From assembly GCA_963727485.1 (NCBI GenBank), contig CAVSGM010000002.1, positions 864,001 through 928,000 of the forward strand: a DNA stretch of 64,000 nucleotides. The letters run 5' to 3'. This DNA is from an uncultured delta proteobacterium (GTDB taxonomy: Bacteria; Myxococcota; Myxococcia; SLRQ01). Below are positions 43,785-53,028 of this stretch, piece after piece; the stretch's first letter is position 1, and every line of letters starts with the position of its first letter. The translations under genes were made by a program, and so were the position numbers. The notes beneath the pieces were generated by a model. The model saw only the letters and a program-made list of their open reading frames with translations, had not been told where the DNA came from and made no database searches.

Positions 43785-43806
43785 CGGCGGGTGTAGATAG
43801 CGGTCC

Positions 43807-44836
<1,030 letters not shown>

Positions 44837-44873
44837 CGGCGCGCGCGCCGGGGCCGTGACCGGCCCGGTCGGC

Positions 44874-45641
44874 TCACAGGTGGCTGGCCACGGTGAGCAC
44901 GGCGACGAAGCCGGCGGCGAGGACGGTCTCGACAATCCCCACCCGCTGGGGCCGGATCAGGACCCGGCCCCGGAGCACCGCGGGCCGGAGCGCGGCCACC
45001 GACACCGCCGCCGCCCCGGCGACGAAGGCCGGCCCCAGGGGCGCCAGGGCCCAGGCCGCGGCCACGCTGGCCACCGACCAGACCCAGGGCCGACCCGGGG
45101 CCGCCTGGCCGGTCTTCGCCGCCCGGCGCCGGCGGACGATGGCCCGGAGGTGGAGGGTGGCCCCGCCGAAGAAGAGGACGCAGGCGACGAAGGCCGCCAC
45201 CGCGGGGACCCCGAGGCCGCCGGTGGCGGCGAGGATCGCCGCCGGCGCCGCGAGGCTGGCGACGCCGACCCCGGCGAGCTCCACCGGGAGGGCCCGCGCC
45301 TGGCTCCGGGTGCCCGCGGCGACCACTGCGCCCCCGAGCACCGCCCCCGGCGCGGCCACCACCGCCAGCGCCGAGAGGGGCACCGAGGTGAAGAGCACCG
45401 CGCCCCCGGCGGCCAGCGCCCCGCCGGCGCCGACCACCGCCCGGAGGTCCCGGGCGCGGGTGCGCCTGGGGAGGTCGTGGCCGTAGCGCAGGAGGCGGAC
45501 GGCCGGCTCCCGGAGGAGGTGGGCCGCCGCCGCCGCCACCCCCACCGCGGCCAGCGCCAGGGTGAGCCGGTCGCCGACCCCGGCCCCGGCGAGGAGGCTC
45601 GCCGCGAGCATCACCGTGCCGCCGTGCTCCTTGGGGAGCAT
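44874..45641 (-). CDS. YwiC-like integral membrane protein
   Basis: MLPKEHG N-terminal motif; multiple TM helices; C-terminal VGIVE. Confidence 0.7.
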   Translation of the reverse strand: MLPKEHGGTVMLAASLLAGAGVGDRLTLALAAVGVAAAAAHLLREPAVRLLRYGHDLPRRTRARDLRAVVGAGGALAAGGAVLFTSVPLSALAVVAAPGAVLGGAVVAAGTRSQARALPVELAGVGVASLAAPAAILAATGGLGVPAVAAFVACVLFFGGATLHLRAIVRRRRAAKTGQAAPGRPWVWSVASVAAAWALAPLGPAFVAGAAAVSVAALRPAVLRGRVLIRPQRVGIVETVLAAGFVAVLTVASHL

Positions 45642-45645
45642 CGCC

Positions 45646-46083
45646 CTAGCCCGCCTTCCGCCCGGTGTGGAGGTCGTCGAGGGCCGCGAGGTCGGCGATG
45701 GTCTGGGTGTGCAGCTCGTCCTGGAGCTGCTCGCGCATGGGCTTCCAGGTCTCGTGCATCGGGCAGGGCTTCGCCGCGTCGCATCGCGGCATCCCCAGGA
45801 AGCAGGCGCTCCAGGGATCGGCGCCGTCGACGGAGGTGACCACCTCCAGGACCGGGATCGACGCCGGGTCCCGGGCGAGGCGCATCCCCCCGCCGGGGCC
45901 GCGGTTGGAGGTGACGATCCCCTCGGCGACCAGCCGCCGGATGACCTTGGCGAGAAACGGCTGGGGCACGTCCTCGGCGGCGGCGATGGCCTGGACGGTC
46001 GCCGCGTCGCCCGGGGGCTGGTGCGCCAGGTGGACCAGGGCCCGGAGGGCGTACTGGCTCGCGCGAGAGAGTCCAAGCGGCAT
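45646..46083 (-). CDS. Rrf2-family transcriptional regulator with three Cys (Fe-S ligands)
   Basis: YALRAL, FLAKV, S.RGPGGG..LA, CFLG...C.....CP.H. Confidence 0.92.
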   Translation of the reverse strand: MPLGLSRASQYALRALVHLAHQPPGDAATVQAIAAAEDVPQPFLAKVIRRLVAEGIVTSNRGPGGGMRLARDPASIPVLEVVTSVDGADPWSACFLGMPRCDAAKPCPMHETWKPMREQLQDELHTQTIADLAALDDLHTGRKAG

Positions 46084-46085
46084 GG

Positions 46086-47255
46086 CTAGGAGACCTCCCC
46101 GGCGGCGGCGGGGGCCGGGGCCGGTGAACGGTGGGGGACGGCGATGCGCCAGGCGAGGGCGGCGCCCCACACGGCGAAGCCCACGACCCAGAGGGCGCCG
46201 GCCCAGGCCAGGTGGTCCAGGTAGAGCGCGCCGGTGAAGGGCGCGGCGACCCGGGTGACGAGCGCCAGGACCACCAGCACCGAGGCGCTCCACAGGGGGC
46301 GGGAGCGCGCCTCCAGGGACCGGGGGTAGCCGCCGTGGGCCAACACCACCCGGGTCCCCACCGCGAGGATGAGCAGGGAGAAGCCGCCGAGGAAGACCAC
46401 GTGGAGCAAGGCGATCTGGTAGGGCGGGAAGGCGGCGACGAGGACGAGGCCCAGGACCACGAGCCACTGGGCGAGCCAGGTGGTCACCGCGGTGGCGGCG
46501 CGGCCCGGGCGCGTCCAGAGGCGGGCGGCGGGGATCAGCACCGCACCCACGGCGAAGGCCCTCACCCAGGCGCCGCCGGGCAGGCCCAGGCCGTACTCGG
46601 CGACCACCGAGGCGACGATGAGGGCGGCGGCGGCGCCGTGGGCCCACGGGGGCAGCGGCGGGGGCCCGTCGCGCTCGAGGAGCATGGGCCCGAGCTTGCC
46701 GGTGACGCCGAGGACCAGGGTGAGCGCCATCCCCTCGTCGAGGAGGCGCCGGGCGAGGAGGGCCAGGGTCCCCGGGGCCAGGCCGGTGGCGATGGCGAAG
46801 GCGAGGCCGGCCCCGGCGAGACCCGCCAGCCCGGCGAGGGCCACCGCGGCGAAGGGCGGCGGCAGGGGGCCGGTGCGGCGCCGGACGGTGCGGACCCCGA
46901 GGCCGCCGAGGACGAGCAGGGCCCCCACCGAGAGGCCCTCGCCCAGGGCCTGGGCCCCGATCCAGAACGCCGCCGCCGAGGCCGCGAGGGCGGCGGCGAG
47001 GACCAGCTGGGGACCGAGACGCACCGCCGGTCCGCCGGTCATCCGCGGGAGGGCGGTGAGCAGGAAGCCGGCGGCAAACGCGAGGACGAAGCCCTGGATC
47101 TGCAGGGCCACGTGGGCCGCCGCCCCGGGGGCGAGGCCGGGCGCCAGGCGGTAGAGGGGCCACACGCTCACGCCCATCAGGCCCAGGACGAGGCCCAGGG
47201 GGAAGAAGACGCGGTAGGGCTCGACGGCGGCCCGCTCGGCTCGGGGGGTTCCCAT
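46086..47255 (-). CDS. NnrS-family membrane protein
   Basis: EPYRVFFPLG, H...QI.GF...AGFLLTA.PR.TG, LH....GG, TRVV.AHGG. Confidence 0.85.
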   Translation of the reverse strand: MGTPRAERAAVEPYRVFFPLGLVLGLMGVSVWPLYRLAPGLAPGAAAHVALQIQGFVLAFAAGFLLTALPRMTGGPAVRLGPQLVLAAALAASAAAFWIGAQALGEGLSVGALLVLGGLGVRTVRRRTGPLPPPFAAVALAGLAGLAGAGLAFAIATGLAPGTLALLARRLLDEGMALTLVLGVTGKLGPMLLERDGPPPLPPWAHGAAAALIVASVVAEYGLGLPGGAWVRAFAVGAVLIPAARLWTRPGRAATAVTTWLAQWLVVLGLVLVAAFPPYQIALLHVVFLGGFSLLILAVGTRVVLAHGGYPRSLEARSRPLWSASVLVVLALVTRVAAPFTGALYLDHLAWAGALWVVGFAVWGAALAWRIAVPHRSPAPAPAAAGEVS

Positions 47256-47929
47256 CACGACTCGGAGAGGGCCCGGGGAAACAGGACCTCGTCCTCCAGT
47301 TCGATGTGCGCCTGCAAGTCCGCGTCCAGCTCGGCGAGGCCCTCCCACAGCGCGCGCCAGCTCCGGCAGGCGGCCTCGGGGACGACGTAGCCGCCGGTGA
47401 GCTCGCGGAGGCCCTCGAGGTGGGCGGTGGCCTCCTCGTGCTCCATGCCCATGACCCGGATGGGCATCTCGGCCCGGGCGCCCTGGCCGGTGGTCACCAG
47501 GGGGAAGAGGATCCGCTCCTCCTTGAGCATGTGGTCGACGAGCTCGTGGTGGAGGGTCTCCACGGTCTCGAGGATGGCGGCGAAGCGCGGGGGGTCCTTG
47601 GGGCCGTGGCGGCGGTTCACCTTCTGGGCGAGGGCCACCAGGCGGGGGAGCTCGGCTTCCAGGGGGCGGTGGAAGCGGGCGAGGATGTGGTCGACGAGGT
47701 CCGGGAGGGGGGCGTCGGTCCAGTCCCGGTCGTCGGCGGCCCGGTCGGCGGGACCGGCGGCGTCGAGCTCGGTGAGGACGGCGTCGAGGGTGACCCCGGC
47801 GCGGCCGAGGGCCTTGTCGAGGGGCTGCTTGCCGCCACAGCAGACGTCGACGCCGTGGCGCTGGAGGAGGCGCTCGGCGCCGGGGTGGGAGGCGAGGAGA
47901 TCGGCGACGGTCTCGAGGGGGGCGGGCAT
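47255..47929 (-). CDS. ric: Iron-sulfur cluster repair di-iron protein (Ric/YtfE/ScdA)
   Basis: ScdA_N DVCCGG; H, HMLKEERILFP, EH, ACRSWRALW, HIELEDEVLF. Confidence 0.93.
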   Translation of the reverse strand: MPAPLETVADLLASHPGAERLLQRHGVDVCCGGKQPLDKALGRAGVTLDAVLTELDAAGPADRAADDRDWTDAPLPDLVDHILARFHRPLEAELPRLVALAQKVNRRHGPKDPPRFAAILETVETLHHELVDHMLKEERILFPLVTTGQGARAEMPIRVMGMEHEEATAHLEGLRELTGGYVVPEAACRSWRALWEGLAELDADLQAHIELEDEVLFPRALSES

Positions 47930-48006
47930 CGGGGGGCTCCTTGGGTGCGTGTGGAGCCCTTGGCCGTGCATCGGGCGTGCCCCGGCTTGCCTCAGGGGCG
48001 GGTCGT

Positions 48007-48036
48007 GGAAAAACGGACACTTTTGTCCGCTTTTCC
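48007..48036. promoter_or_regulatory. AT-rich palindromic operator upstream of ric (candidate Rrf2 site)
   Basis: GGAAAAACGGACA-CTTT-TGTCCGCTTTTCC; 12 of 13 arm positions complementary. Confidence 0.7.
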
Positions 48037-48161
48037 CGATCCGGCCCCCAGGGAGCGCGCAAGAACTGCGAGCGGCGCCTGGACGCCTCGCAGTTTCTGC
48101 GAGCGGACCTCGGGCACCGGCCCCGCCCCCACGGGCGCGGAGGCACCCCGGCGCGCCGGGG

Positions 48162-48682
48162 TCAGGCGGGGCTGGAGAGGGCCCGGCGGAAGAGGACCTC
48201 GTCCTCGAGCCACATGTGGGCCTGCAGGTCCAGATCGAGGGCGGCCAGGCCGGCCCAGAGCGCCCGCACGGGCTCGCTGGCCCCTTCGGGGACCGCGTAG
48301 TCGCCGGTGAGATCGCGCAGGCGCGCCACGTACCCGACGGCCTCGTCGTGCTCCGCCTCCATCACCTCGACCGGCACCCGGGCCTCGGCGCCCTGGCCGC
48401 TGGAGATGAGGGGGAAGAGGATCTGCTCCTCCTTGAGCATGTGGTCGAGGAGCGACTGCTCGAGGGCGCGCAGGGTCTGGAGGAGACCGCTCGAGAACGC
48501 GCGGGCGCCGTCTGCGCCTGGGTCCTGGACCTGCTCGGCGAGGGCCACCAGGCGGGGGAGCTCGGCCTCGAGGGGGCGGTGGTAGGTCGCCACCAGGTGG
48601 CGGACCACCTCGCGCAGGGGCGCGTCGGACCACGCCGCGAGGTCGTCGCCGGGCCGGGCTGGGGGATTGGGGGGGTGGTCAT
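48162..48682 (-). CDS. Second Ric-like hemerythrin domain lacking ScdA_N; probable frameshift in the C-runs near the start
   Basis: YHRPLEAELPRL, HMLKEEQILFP, EAEHDEA, HMWLEDEVLF; AGGAG RBS before ATG 48682. Confidence 0.8.
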
Positions 48683-48739
48683 CGGGCGCTCCTGGAGCAG
48701 GGTGGGCCCGCAGGGCCTGCGTCGCGGGTGGATGCGGCC

Positions 48740-49276
48740 CTAGCTGGCCTGGGCCGCCGGGTCCTCGGCGGCGCGCTCGGCCTTCTCGCGCTTCATCTTC
48801 TTGCGGACCAGCTCCCGCTTCAGGGGCGAGAGCCGGTCGACGAGGAGGCGTCCGTCGAGGTGGTCGAGCTCGTGCTGGAGGGCGATGGCGAAGAGGTCGT
48901 CCGCCTCGAGCTCGAAGGGCGCCCCGTGGCGGTCGAGGGCCTTCATCTTCAGATGGGTGAAGCGCTCGATCTCCACGGTGACCCCGGGGAGCGACAGGCA
49001 CCCCTCTTCGTAGAGGGTCGACCCGTCGGACTCGACGATCTCGGGGTTGATGAAGATCTTGAGGCCCCCGCCCTCCTCACGGTGGGAGGTGTCCACCACG
49101 AAGATGCGCTTGCCCACGCCCACCTGGGGGGCGGCGAGGCCCAGCCCGTCGGCGGCGTACATGGTCTCGACCATGTCGTCGATGAGGGGCTGGAGGGTGT
49201 CGTCGACCTCGGTCACCTCCTCGGCGCGGGTCTTGAGGACGGGGTCGGGCCAGATGACGATGTCTCGAACTGCCAT
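48740..49276 (-). CDS. def: Peptide deformylase
   Basis: GLGLAAPQ, EGCLS, QHELDHL. Confidence 0.96.
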   Translation of the reverse strand: MAVRDIVIWPDPVLKTRAEEVTEVDDTLQPLIDDMVETMYAADGLGLAAPQVGVGKRIFVVDTSHREEGGGLKIFINPEIVESDGSTLYEEGCLSLPGVTVEIERFTHLKMKALDRHGAPFELEADDLFAIALQHELDHLDGRLLVDRLSPLKRELVRKKMKREKAERAAEDPAAQAS

Positions 49277-49494
49277 GCGCTTCCGTTCAGCCTTCCTTCG
49301 GGTGAATCCAATGACCTGGGCAGTATAGGCCCGGTCGAGAGGGCTAAGAAGAGGCGGACCCCGAGGCGTTGGACGGCCGAAGCCGGGGGGTCGGTCGGCC
49401 GGGGAGGACCGTGGCCATCGGGGCCCGCCTCAGTGCCGGCAAACTCCCACCCTAGGGGCCTATTCCCGCCCGGGGATCGTTTTTCAGGTCATCC

Positions 49495-52400
49495 CTAGGC
49501 CGGGCGTTTCCGGGCCAGGGCCTCGAGGTAGTCGGCCCGCAGGCCCTCGTCCCGCAGGACGTCCCAGGCGTCGTCGAGGGCCCGACGGATCTCCTCGAGC
49601 TGCCCCCAGAGATCCCGGTAGGCCTCGTCGCCGTAGCGCCCGGGCTGGAACTCCCGGACCTGGCGCTCGTAGGCGGCCTTGAGCTCGTAGCTGGTGGCCT
49701 CGGGGGCCACGCCCAGGATCTCGAAGTAGTCGGCCTCGAGGGCCTGGTTGAACTTCTCGGTGATCCGGGTGCGGTCGATCTGGCGCTCCACCGCCTGGCG
49801 CTCGGGGTCGGCGGCCCGGCCCTCGGGCATGGGGCCGGCGAAGCGCACCTCGGCCATGCCGGTGGTCTGGAGGGCGTAGAGGACCTGGAAGGTGGGCTCC
49901 TCGCCGAGGCCCGAGAGGAAGACGAGCTCCTCGGCGGTCTTGAGGCCGTCGACCTGCTCGGCGAGGCGCCGCTCCCTCGCCGAGAGGCCCAGCAGGGTGA
50001 GGTCGACGCCGCCCGCCGGGGCGAGGACGGTGCTCGGGCCCCCGAGGCGCCGGTGGACCCGGCCCAGGGGGAACTTGCGGCGGATGCCCTCGGTGATGAG
50101 GGCGAAGGGGTGCTCGGGGTGGGCGACCCGGTCGTCGTCCTCGCAGGTCTCCTCGACCCACCGCCAGTGGCCGGCGGAGACGGCGAAGGCCCCGAAGAGC
50201 GCCGCCTCGGCCTGGGCGCGGACGGTCTCGTAGAGCTCGGCGGCCTTGAGGACACCCTCCTCGACCAGGGCCACCGCCGCCTGCCTGGGGGTGAGCTCGC
50301 GGCCGCGGAGGGCCCGGGCCTGCTCCCGGGTGATGCGGCCGAGGCGGTAGGCCACCTCCCCGAGCTGCTCGTCGGCGTGGGGCGAGCGGACCCCCACCGG
50401 GCGGCCGAGCTCCACGAAGATCCGCCGGACCCCGGTGGCGTCCCGGACCTCCAGCACCCCGGTGGCCCGGGCGCGGAAGGCCTCGGCGAGGAGGTGGGGG
50501 ACGTCGGTCTCCTCGAGGTCGCCGGTCTCGGCGAACGGCGCCTCCGTCGGCTGGGGCTGGGGCGCGGACACCGGGCCCGGCGGCGGCTCCGGGGCGGCCT
50601 GTGGGGGCGCCGGCGGCGGAGCGGGCCAGGCCTGGGGCGGCTTGGGTGGCCGGGGTGGCGGCGGCGCCGCCTCGGGCGCAGGCGACGGCTCGCCGGCCCA
50701 GGGCGAGGTGTCCGCGGGAGGCCAGGCGGCGTCGGGGCGGGGCCAGCCGGCGGCGTCGGGGGCGGTGCCGGTGGCCTCGTCCTCGGGGGCCGGCGGCGGG
50801 GGCGGCACCTCGTCGCGGGGCACCGGACCGGTGGGCGGCTCGTAGGGGGCGTCGGTGTCGAGGAGGAGATCCGGCGAGAGGGACATCGGTTCGGCGGGGG
50901 TGTCGTCCTCGAGGTCCATGTCCGACCAGTCGACCTCGGCCTCCGGGGCCGGGACCGACGTCGGCGTCGCGCCGCCTCCGAGGTCCTCGTCGTCTCCCCA
51001 GCCCCCGAAGCCATCGTCCGCCGCCGGCGTCTCCGGCGGGTCCGGCGGTGGGGGCATCACCGGGCCCAGGTCCGGCGCCTCGGGGAGGCGGCTGGTGCGG
51101 GGGTTCTCCTCGCGTTCCGCCTCGAGCTCGAGGCTGGCGGTGTCCTGGCCCGCCCAGCCGGCGCCGAGGCGCGGCGGCGCCGCCTTCGGCTCCGAGCTCG
51201 TCCAGTCGAGATCCAGCGCGCGCCCGGACCACTCCTCGACGGCCCGGGCCGGGGGCCGACCGTCCGGTGCGCCGTCCGGGGGCGGCGGCCGCGGCGTCGC
51301 CGGCGGCGGGGGCAGCTCGTCGAAGAGGTCGTCCCCGAGGCTGCTGCCGGCCGCGGCCGCTTCGATCTCGCGGGCGGCGGCGGCCTCGGCCTCGAGGCGG
51401 GCGGCGGCGGCTTCGGCTTCGCTCGGCTTCGCGCTTCGCCGCCTCTTCGGCGGCACGTCGCTTGGCTTCCTCGGCTTCCCGCTTGGCCTGCTCCTCCGCC
51501 TCCCGGCGGGCGGCCTCCTCGGCCTCGCGCTTCGCCGCCTCCTCGGCGGCACGTCGCTTGGCTTCCTCGGCTTCCCGCCTGGCCTGCTCCTCCGCCTCCC
51601 GGCGGGCGGCCTCCTCGGCCTCGCGCTTCGCCGCCTCTTCGGCGGCACGTCGCTTGGCTTCCTCGGCTTCCCGCTTGGCCTGCTCCTCCGCCTCCCGGCG
51701 GGCGGCCTCCTCGGCCTCGCGCTTCGCCTGCCTCTTCGGCGGCACGTCGCTCGGCCTCCTCGGCTTCCTGCTTGGCCTGCTCCTCCGCCTCCCGGCGGGC
51801 GGCCTCCTCGGCCTCGCGCTTCGCCGCCTCCTCCTCGGCGGCACGTCGCTTGGCTTCCTCGGCTTCCTGCCTGGCCTTCTCCTCCGCCTCCCGGCGGGCG
51901 GCCTCCTCGGCCTCGGCTTCGGCCTCCGCCTCAGCTTCGCCTCCTCCTCGGCGGCACGTCGCTCGGCCTCCTCGGCTTCCCGCCTGGCCTTCTCCTCCGC
52001 CTCCCGGCGGGCGCGGGTCTCGGCCTCGAGGCGGGCCTTGGCGCGGGCCTTGGCCTCGGCCTGCTTCCGGGCGCGCTCCTCGAGGAGCCGGCGGGCCTCG
52101 GCCTTCGCCGCCGCCTCCCGGCGCGCGCGCTCCTCGGCCTCCCGCGCCGCCTGCGCCGCCTGCGCCGCCTGCGCGTCAGCCTCGGCCTCGGCCGCCTCAG
52201 CGTCGTCCGCCTCGGCCTCGGGCGCGTCGCCGGTCAGCTCCCGGGCGATCTCGTCGAGGTCCTCGTCGAGATTGGGGGACTCGGCGGCTGGCAGGGTCGC
52301 CTCGTCGTCGGCCCCTTCGCCGAGGTCACCGAAGAGCTCGTCGGCGAGGTCCTTGCGACCGGGCTCGTCCACGGTCCAGGCGTCGTCGGACCCGGCGTCG

Positions 52401-52927
52401 GACTCGGCCTCCGGCTCGGCGTCCGGCTCGGCGTCGGCGAGGAGGGCGTCCATGGCGGCCTCCACCCCGTGGTCCTCGCCCTCGGTGCGGGCGGCCTCGG
52501 CCCGGGCGGCGGTGCGGGCGATGTCCGCGGCGCTCGCCCGGCGCGGGGCCGGCTCGCCGGCGCCGAGGTAGCTCTCGATCTTGGCGACCACCCGCTTCCA
52601 GGCCACGGGCCTCTGGAAGTACCCGTCCCCGCCGGCGGCCAGCGCGCTGGCGGTGTCCACCACGTCGCCGCTGCCGTCGCCGATGAGGAGGATGGGCAGC
52701 GCCGGATCGGCGGCCTGGCCGCGGATGCTCTCGCAGATCTCCAGCCCCGAGCCCCCGGCGGTCTCCAGGGCGAGGACGACCATCTGGGGATCGTCGTGCT
52801 CGAGCGCGATCTCGGCGTCGGCGGCGTTGGTGGCGAGGACCGGGTCGAACCCGGCCTCGGTCAGCACCCGCCGGGCCGCGGAGACAGACGCGATGTCGTC
52901 GTCGATGAGCAGGATGCGCTTGCGCAT
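49495..52927 (-). CDS. Large multidomain protein: pseudo-receiver, acidic linker, E/A/R/K helical repeats, Pro-rich linker, DUF4388-like domain, degenerate DnaJ domain; three frameshifts in the repeat
   Basis: ILLIDDD receiver start; TGDL...TGVLEV...IFVELG.PV...LGE (DUF4388-like); DYFEILGV...ELKAAY...AWDVLRD (J-like). Confidence 0.75.
51420..52010. repeat. Coding tandem repeat, about 96-bp period, about 6 copies ([32 protein letters not shown])
   Basis: GGCACGTCGC anchor at 51452, 51548, 51644, 51741, 51840 and 51953. Confidence 0.9.
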
Positions 52928-53028
52928 GGACCCGGGCACGCCCGCCGCCGCGTGAGAGGAAAAAGCCCCGCGAGGGCGCGACTATAGCATCGGCCCGGAG
53001 GGGGATCCAAAGCTCGGCCGGCCCGCGC

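Noticed and set aside
49277..49310. CCCGAAGGAAGGC on the minus strand as SRP RNA
   Set aside because: Lacks the full CAGG-GNRA-AGCA domain IV motif and flanking helix; more likely the def leader.
51420..52010. 96-bp repeats as CRISPR or a non-coding array
   Set aside because: In-frame coding repeats of an E/A/R/K helix with no spacers.
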